Positions 1 to 10,751 of a DNA stretch of 64,000 nt are shown one piece after another. A program made the position numbers and the translations under genes. Each line of letters starts with the position of its first letter. The first letter of the stretch is position 1. The stretch lies in the NCBI GenBank assembly GCA_052327205.1, contig CM126210.1:139934001-139998000 (forward strand), in the 5' to 3' direction. The DNA comes from Somniosus microcephalus (lineage: Eukaryota). Below the pieces are notes generated by a model. That model saw only the letters and a list, made by a program, of their open reading frames with translations, did not search any database and was not told the DNA's origin.

Positions 1-1877
1 CAGGAGGAGGGCCACCCTCAGTAGCCCAGCTCACCACCTGGGAGGAGGCGGTCCTGGAGATCGTGGGAGTGGAGGAAAATTCCCAAGTGGGGGATGGACA
101 GATGGACGCATCACAGCAAGCTGGTGACAGAATAGTTTTCCATCTCTCTCATTGACATTGCATGAGTCGCTGATAATGATTCTGAAGCTCTAACAGATGG
201 ACTTACGATCATCTGCAATATGCAATGTGCATGTAACGTTGGCATCACATCTCTGACTCTTTCCTTTACTCCCCCACAGGACCATCGCAAGTACCCGTCC
301 CCACTAGCCAGGAGGAAGAGCCTGAACATGCAGACTCCTCAGAGGAAGCTGCAACCTCTGAGGGCGCAGCGTCAGCAGAATTCAGCGCACCCAGCACCAG
401 CGCAGACACTCACACCTCAGTGGGATCTTCACGAGATAGAGTAGTGTTGTCACCTGGTGTATCACAGCTCACAAGTGAGCATCAGCAGATGGTGGAGACA
501 GGGACAGCAGTGGAGAGTCCTAGTCGGAGGACGCAGGACTGTCCCAGCTTGGCTCGGCTGCATGTCGACCCTCTGCCTCTGGGTCCATCCATAAGATCAG
601 CGGTGCTGGAACTCCAGGAGCAGATGCAGGAGTCTCTGGCAGGTTTTGTCTCCAGGGTCATTGCGAGTGTGGAGTGAATGGAGGAGTCCATTGCGAACAT
701 GAGCAGAGCCTTTGTGGAGTCATTGGCGCATGAACGCATCACCATGGAAAGGATGGCAACCTCCATGGAGGTGATAAGTCGCCAGAGTGCAGAAAACATG
801 GTGAGTGTTCTGAATAGAATGACATCTCTGGAGGAGCGATGGTCATCTATTGAACAGAGAAACCAGACCTTCATGGAAGTCCTTCTGAGTAGGACTGCCA
901 GTGCAGACACGGGTCCCCATGGCCCCCCTGATGTGCAGCAAGGTGCTCTCAAGCCACTTGCAAGCACTGAGGGGGACCTGACCCATGAGAGGGAGGTTGG
1001 TGGCAGACCTCAAGGAAGTGGGGGCTCCTCTCCAAGCGCTCACACTTCCATGCCACTGCAGAGCCCTCGGTCAGAGCCCCACCAGAGTCCACTCCCAACT
1101 GAGATCGGCGGCTCAACCCCTGCACAGCCGCAGGAGCAGCAGACTGTTGGCGAGCCCTCGCAGGTTCGCAACCCCAGAGGATGCCCGCCAAAGCTGTCGA
1201 GACAGGAGCAGCAAGAAATTGAGCAAGGGACCACCACATCTGCTGAAGCAACAGGGGAAGCACCACATAGGAGCACGCATAAGAGAAAGATACTGCACAA
1301 ATAGTCACAAGGGTAGTCACTTGGGTGAAATTTGATGTTTTATGTTAAAAAGCCATCAGATGGTTACAGTAAATAAAAAATCTGATGGCTACTGCTGCAG
1401 TTGTGACGTGTGTCATTTCGCTAATGGGACTTCCACATTGAGGGCTTAGGATTATTTGGTATATGCCTCAGTTGAGGAAGCGCTCAGTCAAGGTGGCGAG
1501 AGGGGTTTCCCAGGAGGTCACACTGGAGATAGGTGTCAGGCTCCAAACTTCCACAGCTGTGGTTATGCCTTCTAAAAGTTCCCCCAGACCTGAGAGAACA
1601 AAGTCCTGCCACCTGCAAATGATGGCTGATCAAATATTCTATTTAATGGTGGAGCTGCAGCTAGTAGTCAGCAATCCAATTGTGCTCCCGCCAGGTTTCA
1701 CCGTCGTGTTTCAGAGCAGGCGTGCTTCACGTCGGAAAAGGGTTTTAATGACACAATTTAATTAAAATTGCTTGGAGGCGGGATGGATGCGGGGTTGGGC
1801 CTGCCCGCCAGTTTTTGCAATTTTAACCCCCCACACGCCTCCAATCCCGCCTCAACGGCCCGATGAAAATCGAGCCC
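1..1877 (+). mobile_element. PIF/Harbinger-type DNA transposon, right part (left end outside window), in the last intron of MCM9
   Basis: Carries a Harbinger Myb/SANT-protein-like reading frame. Ends in ...gatgaaaatcgagccc (1877), matching the GGGC..GATTTT termini of other Harbinger-like elements in this window. Confidence 0.7.
3..1304 (+). pseudogene. Harbinger Myb/SANT-like accessory protein, 3' exons (3-123, 280-1304), with one premature stop
   Basis: Frame from nt 3 reads GGGPPSVAQLTTWEEAVLEIVG, the (T)GGGP..LT..EE motif of Harbinger Myb-like proteins. A GT(124)..cccccacAG(279) intron joins it in frame to ORFs 420-677 and 678-1304. TGA at 675-677 is probably CGA>TGA decay. AATAAA at 1372-1377. 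Confidence 0.65.
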
Positions 1878-2147
1878 AGAATGTTTTCAGATAAAAGCAT
1901 GAAACAGCTTTGCAATGCACCACAATGTAGTTTCTGCTCACCAGAGAATACCCTGAATAACTTGAGTCTGGCACATTTTTGAGGCCTGCAGCATTTACTT
2001 ACATTTGGGAGTTCTTGTGCTATATTCAAATACATTAGTGCAGGTGTACGGTGCTGTTTTAAACTCATCACTGTTCGATTAGATAAATCAGAGTCTTCCT
2101 TTTGGGAAAGCACATCAAAAATACTAAATATGTACTGTGACATTTGA

Positions 2148-2293
2148 GGGCTGATTTTAATCTTCGGCGCGAGAGGAAAACGGGTGGTAGTAGATCGGCC
2201 GCCCGTGATGTACCCCGCCCAATTTTCCTTTCCATTGACCGGTGGCCGATCTACTCCCCATTTTTCCCCACTGCCGAAAGATACAATCAGCCC
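2148..2293. mobile_element. Short Harbinger-like MITE
   Basis: Imperfect terminal inverted repeats gggctgattttaatctt / aagatacaatcagccc around a GC-rich core; TSD unclear. Confidence 0.55.
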
Positions 2294-2529
2294 TTTGGTG
2301 TTGATATAAAAACAGGTTTTGTGGCTGTTATATCACCTGAGTGTTTTTAAAAACTGTGAGCAGATCATCAGTTTACTTCAGTGAGATGCAATAAGTTTCA
2401 CATTACATTTAGTGGGCGGTTGGAGGAGGGAAGTCCTTGTTTTTGATTGGATATTAATTTCTATGAATGCAATAATTTTGTTACATCTGTAAACATATTT
2501 CATAACGATCTGATAATGTTTTCTTTAAG

Positions 2530-4066
2530 AGTTCAAAATGAAAACGGGCACCAGCCACCTACTGGAAGTACAAACTCAAGTGACAAATCCGACCTGTTAT
2601 CTGATTCCACTGCTTATTCAAAAAATGATGAAATGAAGCCCAGTGCCGTTCAAGATGTTGATCAAATTGATTGTGGTCTGACCTGGTTTGTTGATTTTCA
2701 AAGTGAAAATCGTGAAACGGAGCCAAAAGGAGATGAAGTTGTACAGAATGAATCCCCCACACGAAAAGCACCATCAGAGAATTCTTATCAAAACCTTTTT
2801 CCTGAATTAAATGCCAATCCACGGCCAATAAAAAATACAGAGGTTGTTTCAACAAATGCAAACATTTCTAACAGGACTTTGCAGCCTGAAAGTTCTTGTG
2901 GTCCAAATAATGTGAAGCCTGCTGGTCCAGCCATCGAGAATTCAGAAATTGATATAACAGCTTGCACTGACTACTTAAAAGGGCAGACAAATGAAAAGAT
3001 TTGTGCTTCTTCAAACACGTCTGGTTCTGCTGTAACAGTGCGGGTGCCAAAAACGCTTCATGCCGCTCGGGTTTCACAAAGTGGAATGTTGTACAAAAGC
3101 GATAAAACGTTCAGCAAAAATCACTCACCTGAATTAAGTAAAACGAGTGCATTTTTTAATCTGGATAACTCATGTTCAGATGGCCTCTGTACATCAACTA
3201 GTGGCAGTTCAGACCAAGCTCCTCCACATAGAATGCAGGCTGCAGCAAATAAGTCAGTATATCCATTTGAAACAAAGAATGCAGTCCAGGACAGTGGCGC
3301 CGCTCCCCCAGATTCTGAAACTAATGGGAATTCTAACTGTCTGCTGACCAAACTGAAAACTTTTGCATTCAAACCAAAGCAAAAGCTAAGCCATTCGGCT
3401 GTGGACAATTCTACTTCTGACTCTTTGATCCTGCATTCTGAGACTGCTGAAGTTGGGGAATTAAATACTCAATTGACACATGCTTCTGAGCAGTCAACAG
3501 AAGCCAGTGATCACAGACAAAATCTCCAAACACTACATGCTCGTACCTCTAAAAGTAGATTCCCACATAAAAAAACAAGCAAAGGGCCATCTGTCACAGA
3601 CTGCAGTAGAACAGAACCATCACTTGAATTGCAAAAGAGTTGTAATACCACACACGAGGGTGAGATGCAAAAATTGGCACTGGATAAATCAAAATATCCA
3701 CTTCCTACCGAGCCTAATACAGACCAACAAATTAGTCGAGGTTCAGTTACGACAAGCCAGACGAAAGTGTCCTCCAGTACACTGGCAAAACTTGCCAGTT
3801 TCTCTTTTAGTCCACCTTTAGAAAAGAAAACCGAAAAGAACACGACTGAAAAGAAGGTAACTGTTGAGAAGCTGGATAGTGCGGCACAAAATGCAGATAC
3901 TGACTCTGCAGCATCATCTAGAAAAAGGAAGACCTTTGGATTTCCATCAGCTGGCACTACGGCAGCTGTTCTGAGCAAGTACCTCTTCTCTACTGATGAG
4001 CTGGAAGATGATTGTATTCTGGATTTTGACTGGGATGAAGAAGCAAGGAAAAAACCCAGAGCATAA
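2530..4066 (+). CDS. MCM9: MCM9 DNA helicase, last coding exon (long disordered C-terminal extension)
   Basis: C-terminal blocks KVSSSTLAKLASFSFSPP, SRKRKTF and LFSTDELEDDCILDFDWDEEARKK resemble the vertebrate MCM9 C-terminus as I recall it (TLARLANFCFTPP..KRKSF..FDCDWDEEMRKK). Acceptor gttttctttaAG at 2528-2529 precedes (R)VQNE; stop TAA at 4064-4066. Confidence 0.88.
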
Positions 4067-4696
4067 TTGATGTATTTCAGGAGTGTTTCAGAAGTGTACT
4101 TCAATAGTTTTCTTTAAAAATAGATGCATTTTTTCTACTTCATGATTAACCCATCTGACACTACAAACATAGTGGTGCGTCACACCTTCAGTGAATCAGA
4201 AATGTGAAGATTACATGCTAAAAATGGGGGAACAAATAGTCTTTCATAAAGAATCAAATCTATTGTTGGAAGAGACTATTATTAGAAAGCTAACATTCTG
4301 TACCTAACCATCGAGACTTGGATACATTTTATGAATGTGCGCTTCTGACTGAAAATTCTGTTTAGGCGTATGCACAATTCCCTCGTGTGTGCTCCCAGTG
4401 TGTAAAGGTGCACACCCGTAGCACATATTTGTAAAATTTCTACATGTCTATAAAGAGGCAAAGGAAATGACCTGAGTTGATTCAACCCACCTGAAATCCA
4501 CTGATAGTAGTTGAGTATTAACTACCACCAGGGAGGTTGCAAACTACAAGATGCTACAATCAAGAAAAAAAGGAAACGTTTATTTTTTGTATTTGAAATT
4601 TTTTTTTGCTTAATAACAAGTCAATCAGTCGCATTCAGTGAACTTCAGATTATTGTGTCAACTGTGTGCTTTTTATGCTGAAGAATTATAAATGAA

Positions 4697-4702
4697 AATA
4701 AA
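4697..4702 (+). promoter_or_regulatory. Probable MCM9 polyadenylation signal (3'UTR about 4067-4720)
   Basis: AATAAA followed by a T/GT-rich tract (gttctttttggtatttggtg) about 630 nt after the stop codon. Confidence 0.55.
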
Positions 4703-4904
4703 GTTCTTTTTGGTATTTGGTGATGGGAAAGAAACCAAATAGTCTATTAAAAGGCCACTTAATTCCAGGATGAAGCAATGTACTTTGTTATATTACATTC
4801 TCACTGTAACATGTGCTTACCTGATCTTTTTTATATATCTGAGAACAGTCTGTAACTAATTATCTTGGCTAAGTTGTCCTTATGAGAATTGCTGGTAAAT
4901 TAAC

Positions 4905-5128
4905 CAAGTCACACACCATCCTGACTTGGAAGTATATTGCCTTTCCTTTATCGTCGCTGGGTCAAAATCCTGGAACTCCCTCCCTAACAGCACTGCGGGA
5001 GTACCTTCACCACACGGACTGCAGCGGTTCAAGAAGGCAGCTCACCACCACCTTCTCCAGGGCAATTAGGGATAGGCAATAAATGCTGGCCTTGCCAGCG
5101 ACACCCACATCCCAGGAACGAATAAAAG
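4905..5128 (+). mobile_element. CR1/L2-group LINE 3' fragment
   Basis: Very similar to 28829-29050; encodes a WNSLP-type LINE ORF2 C-terminus followed by an A-rich tail. Confidence 0.75.
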
Positions 5129-6155
5129 AAAAGATACTCCCATTCCTTGGTTTGTGAAAAAGTAGGCCAACATCCCATAAGTTTTTGTTGTAGAGCCTTT
5201 TTGGGGGGTGGGGGGTGGGGGGAATTTTGCAGGGGGTCAGCGGGTGTGATTGGTGGTGGGTTGGATGGGAAAATTTATTTTTTTGACAGTGGGTCAGGAC
5301 CCCACTGTCAACCCGTCGCCACGCGCCTTTACCAAATGTCGGGTCTGTCAGCACTGAGTAGCGGCGGCAATTAAAATAATTAGTGGCTTGTTTACAACCA
5401 CTTACCAATGCTTTTTTTCCCAGCTTTTAGAATTTGACAGGTTGGCCACCAGTTTTCCGCTGTGCCTAGACCTCATCTGTGAAGCTGAGGCGGGAGGTCA
5501 GTGGCCATTGAATCAGCTGATGAGTTGACAGCTTTAAATGTCAAGTCAAAGCTCCCAGTTGATTGAGAATGTTCCCTTAATCACTAGCTTCTCTAAACTG
5601 CATTTCCACTACAGATTCCGAATGCCTCAAGTCTTTACACACGTCTCCATCCAGCCTGACCTCATTACCTCTCCCACCACTGACAGATTGCTTCTGTCAT
5701 CTCTACTTCACCTGTCATCTATTCCATCAGCATCAGTGCACTTTATACTCTCTCACCTTGGTCCTCCGAATCCCACCACAATCAGCCCCAACACCAGTAT
5801 CACCAGGAACACCAGCAGCACCAACAACAATACCAACCTTCTCCGCAATCAACTGATGCCGCACAGGACACGGCGTCAGCACCTGACCACATTGCTGCCC
5901 GGGAGGCCAGGGTTAGCTTCACCATGGCCAGATTTATTTCACTTGACGTTGTACACCCTGGCTGCCACATGATGCGCCAAGTTGGCACCTCCCCACACCA
6001 AAACCATAAAGCAACCCTAAAATGTCCAATGTCCTACAATGTTCAAGCCATTCCTTTCACACTCATGACCATTGCAGGGGGGTATTGTTATGTTTCACCG
6101 TTCACTGCAACTTCACTAAACCAAAGATGTACACAAATCTGTCTAAAAACACAAA

Positions 6156-6996
6156 GAGCTGGATTTTCATTAAGCTGTCGGGAAGGAGACGGGACTACAA
6201 CTTTTGAGTTTTAGTCCCGCCTCCATCAACGTCTGGCCAATCGACGCAATTTTCCATTGATTGACCTTGGTGAGCTCGCCCAGCGGGCTCAGCAGGCCAA
6301 TTAAGGGCCACCCGGCAACAGGTGACGTCACAGACTGAAATTTCATCTGTCAAGAGCTTCTAACAGATGAAATATCAGTGTTTCACAGCTGTTTGAAGCT
6401 GTCAACCACTGACAGTCTGACTTCTAACCTGAGTCCTTCTACACAGACTCAGTTAGAACTCTCACCGGCACTGAAAGCTGAAGGCTGTCACTTTTGACAG
6501 ATCGCAGCCATTCAGCTTTCAGTTCCGGCTGAGTGATGGACTCCCGACGCCTAGAGGAAGAAAGGCTGTTAAGGTAAGTACAGGTAAGTAAAACTTCTTT
6601 ACACACTTTAGACACCCCAAACACACTTACCTTTGCACTCATGCACCCATCACTCACCTGAACACCGACATCGCGACCCCTCCAAGTCCTTCAACCCGAC
6701 GGCCCGCCTGCTCTAACCTGGCATGGTTTGGAGCCGTCGGGAAACCCACACGACACCCCTCAAAATAGGGATTAGGCTAAAAACTGCCTGTTAACTACCT
6801 GTTAACAGGCAGTTAATTGGCACTAATCCCTTCCCGCCTCAGGTTGGCAGGCCCCAGTGCGGGGCGGGTACCCGCCTCCCTTGAAACTTAAGTGGAGGCG
6901 GGTTTTGGGCGGGCTGGTTTTGGGACCCCCGAATTCGGGATTTTTGTCCCCCACACGCCTGAAAGCCCGCCTCATGGCACACTGAAAATCTGGCCC
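6156..6996. mobile_element. Harbinger-like MITE nested in the Harbinger element
   Basis: Termini gagctggattttca / tgaaaatctggccc with 3-bp TSD AAA (6153-6155, 6997-6999). Removing it restores colinearity with the copy at about 46030-46120. Confidence 0.75.
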
Positions 6997-7604
6997 AAAG
7001 TGTTGAAAATAAAGGTTTCAATGTTTGACAGCACATTAACAGAAACTTCACATGAACATTGGATAAAACACCCAAGTGCCTACCCTTGTGTGTTGTAAAT
7101 TGGTATGATTGCATTAGGATGAGGGTGAGTGTGAGGGGTGGCTAGTGAGATGGGGATGTGATAATGTAGATAGAGAGGGATGGGTGGAGGTTCACGGCAA
7201 GTTGGTGTGAGTAAGGATGTGCAGGAGTAGGGTAGGGAAGGCAGAGTGATGGGGATATGATGAGAGGCACAGCAGGATGAGGTTGAGTGTGGCTTTGTAC
7301 TAACGTTTTGTGATCTACTGAGATCATTGAAATGTTTGTGGCACTGCACCCAGGTCCTCCTGACCACATCCCTGCTTATGCCCTCCTCTGCAATGTGCAA
7401 CCAGGCTGTGTTGATCTCCTAGGGAGGTCTCTTCTGCCCATGGGAAGGGAAGAGAACCTCCGTGTGTGCTGTGACTCCCTCCATAAGCATATGGAGGGAG
7501 TCATGGGAGAGCCTGGGTGCAGCCCTGCTCCTCTGTGCAATGCTTGTCAGTGTTTGCAGCACCTCAATGCTGTAGAACACGGACAGCACAACTGTCAAAT
7601 TAAA

Positions 7605-8306
7605 CACTCCTTTCCAGGTGAAATAGCGATTTACTTGTACTTCTTACAATTTAGTATACGGTATTCGCTGCTCACGATGCGGTCTCCTCTACAATTGGGG
7701 AGACCAAACGCAGATTAGGTGACCGCTTTGCGGAACACCTCCATTCAGTCCGTAAGGGCGACCCCGAGCTTCCGGTCGCCTGTCACTTTAATTCTCCACT
7801 CCACTCCCACTCTGATCTCTCCATCCTCGGCCTCTTACACTGTTCCAACGAAGCTCAACGTAAGCTCGAGGAACAGCACCTCATCTTTCGATTAGGCACT
7901 TTACAGCCTTCTGGACTTAACATCGAGTTCAACAATTTCAGACTAAAATTGGCCCCATGTAGTTTTTTTTTCTCTTGTTTGTTCACATGGTAGCTGTTAC
8001 TGTTGCTGTCATCATCATCCACACATTATCTAGAGCCATCTTTTGTTTCTTAACTTGTCCTATTACCTCTCTTTATGCCTTGCACCATCATCCCTTTTGT
8101 CAGTCAATCTTTCCTGCCTTCCATCCTATCACAGACCTTCCCTTTGTTCTTTCCTCCCCTCCTCTCTGCCCCTGCTTAAAAATATCTCCTCCCTAATCTT
8201 TTCCCGTTCTGACGAAGGGTTCAACCCGAAACGTTGACTCTGTTTCTGACCTGCTGAGTGTTTCCAGCACTTTCTGTTGTTATTTCAGATTTCCAGCATC
8301 TGCAGT
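7605..8306 (+). mobile_element. Penelope-like retroelement 3' fragment (GIY-YIG endonuclease plus tail)
   Basis: Encodes LVYGIRCSRCGLLY..GETKRRLGDRFAEHL..LEEQHLIFRLGTLQPSGLNIEF; 8-bp TSD aaattaaa at 7597-7604 and 8307-8314. Confidence 0.88.
8205..8240 (+). ncRNA. Penelope-associated minimal type I hammerhead ribozyme motif
   Basis: CTGACGA (8209-8215), stem II ggg-ttcaa-ccc, GAAA (8228-8231) and palindromic aacgtt. This is the typical position and form for Penelope-like elements; stem I is imperfect. Confidence 0.65.
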
Positions 8307-10617
8307 AAATTAAAGTTGGCTATGGTCCCTTTAAGGAAACCGATTGACGATGCATCATCAAATAACGTCATCAGACGCGCTTCCTTCAATTGCCTGGGAA
8401 ACTTGCTGGGCGGGCTTAACAATCAGGAAAAATTCATTTTACACAGCGGGCTGCAGCCAGCAGCGAGGCCGGGACCCGCCGAGGTTGATAAAATCCAGCC
8501 CTTGGTGTTTCCACCCAATCTTCCTCAGTGGGCCACCTCAGGTTTGCCTGAAAATGGTGGCCAAAAGGAGAAAATTCCAACCCTATGTGTTATAATGGGA
8601 GATAAATGTACTGCAGGAAAGAATTTCTATGGGCAAATCACCATTTCTTACACTCCACTGCAGTTACATTTAAAGGCAAACTCATAACAGAATGGCATAG
8701 CACACAACAGGTGGATAACTCCCCAGACTTGAATGCATTTATAACCTCAAAAAGCAGTGGTGGATTTTGGCATTGGGACTGGGCAGAATGGAAGGGAGGG
8801 TGCACTAGTGGCAAGTACCATATTAATTTGATATTTCTGTGATTTGCACAATGTTAAGTGTGCATGTCCATATACATTAGATTGTGCAATATAACAACCT
8901 GAACAATGTACCCTGTATCTCACCATGAGAAATACCATGGGGGATTTGTCAATACAGTCCTGTCAAATTATTGATGGGAATGCGGAGGATATAGTGTTTA
9001 ATAAATAAATGGATGTGGTGTGATGGGAGGAGATGTTGATTGTGTGCTAATTTAAGAGGTATGTGGGAGTATTCAGGGACTGGGAAGAAAGATGCATTGT
9101 AGGGCAGTAAGCAATTCTGGGAGAATGAAGAGCAGTTGGAAGAGATAAGATATTTAAGGTAGAATACTAAGTAGTTAAGCAGTAGGGATGTGTAGTTAGT
9201 AGTTGAGGGGGGAAAGGAGTACTGTGGCTAGGAGTATTTCAAGGGAGTTCGGGTAGTCAGTAATCAAAGTGAGCCATGTGGGTAAGTAACAATGTGTATT
9301 TCATTCACAACTGCACATTATTAGACAAATTTGGTGAATTCTATTCACTTAGTAACATATTAATTCATTCTCTGGATTCCATTGACTTTAAAACACATAA
9401 TATAATTAATTAACTGGTTCCCTTGGTTCCAATCATTCACGTGTTGTATTTCTGTGGATTCCATTGCCTCATCAGCACATTATGTAATTCATATGATGGA
9501 TTCATTTGGCTCAGCCACACAAGTAAATTAATTCACGGTTTCCATTCAACCAGGAAGGATAATTTAATTACAAAATGAATTGGCTAAATGTAATTTACTT
9601 TGCCATGGGTCATTTAATTAATTAATTCTCTGGATTCAATTTAGTAGTAAGCAGGTCTGAAGAGGAAGGGCTTCCAGCGGAACATAGGAAGGAGTCATCA
9701 ACAGGACCTCCTGGATGGAGGGCATAAGGGCTGGAAGTGCAATAGGAGAAGGAGCAGGGCCCAAAATGGTTTGGAGCTTGGAAGAAGGGCTGTGAGTGTG
9801 GTAGTAGAGGGAGCACGGCCCAGGAGCAGGAATGGATGGGAGCGGGGCCCTGAAAACAGTAAGCAATTGGGTGGAATTAATTGAATCAGGCACAGATCAG
9901 AGAGCCGGTATAAAGTAACTGAGTGAGTGATTAAAACAGAGAGTCCAGGACCCAAAAGTGGGACCAGGAGGAGAAGGTCTGCCAGCAGAACAGAAGAGGG
10001 AACAATGTTGTGTATGTACCGTTATGGGAATAACTGGTCTTAGACTGCAGTACCGGCAGTGACCACCCCTGTCTAAAAGGCCCTAGCAGGCTTCTGTAGT
10101 TTCAGTTTCAAGCTGCCTCTTGTTCAGTAAAGTACCTGTTAAACTGTTCTCCCGAAGTCCGTGTATTATTGAGGCGCGGACTTTACAGTGGCGATGAGTA
10201 AGTTCGAACTCACCTGCAGTGTGGCATCATCTCACGGGGATCTCGCCTGAAAGGAAGGTCCTGGAAGGTCGTAGTCTGAGCAATGGGCGTCGACCGAGAG
10301 CAACCGCCCAAAGAACCCATCGGTGTTTGGAAATTGCGGGAGAGACTGTGGTTCCAGCGAATCGTGCTGGTAGCAGGTGGCGTGCTGACCCTTCCGGACT
10401 GCGGCGGGCTCAAGCTCGATCGAGCGGCTCTACAAATCGGGCTGCGCAGCGTCGCCGGGAAAAGAAAACGAGAGAGAGAGGGTGGAGCGCACAGGGCGCA
10501 GTCGGTGCTCGAGAACAGGACAGCGGAGAGAAACTAAACGGGGGGGAAGGAAAGCGAGATGCGCCGAAGCTGCGGGTTGCTGCCATTACCCCGTAGAACG
10601 CTAGGAGCAGTGTGGCA

Positions 10618-10740
10618 GTAAGGGGAAGAAGCAAAAGCGCGGGAGGCGCCATTTTATCCCGTTGGGGAAGAAGCAAAAGCGTGGGAGGCGCCATTTTATT
10701 CCATTGGGGAAGAAGCAAAAGCGCGGGAGCCGCCATTTTA
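10618..10740 (+). repeat. Three tandem copies of a ~42-bp unit in the A1 leader
   Basis: ggggaagaagcaaaagcg(c/t)gggag(g/c)cgccatttta repeated three times just upstream of gag. Confidence 0.85.
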
Positions 10741-10751
10741 AATCGCCCAAG

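Larger units (their letters stand above)
5220..8501 (-). mobile_element. Non-autonomous Harbinger element with Myb/SANT remnant, interrupted by a MITE and a Penelope fragment
   Basis: Minus-strand peptides RAAPRLSHDSLHMLMEGV..EVLFP and W.HIAEE..SRDVVRRTWVQCHKHFNDL (7300-7560) look like a Myb/SANT-like domain. Colinear with 45115-46686 and 31541-34878. Right end ataaaatccagccc; left end approximate. Confidence 0.7.

Noticed and set aside
2447-2529. N-terminal 27 aa of the 539-aa ORF as a gene start
   Set aside because: It begins at a TTG in AT-rich sequence upstream of a good splice acceptor, so it is intronic read-through; the ORF is a terminal exon.
3511-4104. 197-aa antisense ORF over the MCM9 exon, and the many antisense ORFs over pol/ORF2 regions
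   Set aside because: Shadow frames of real coding sequence with no recognisable motifs.
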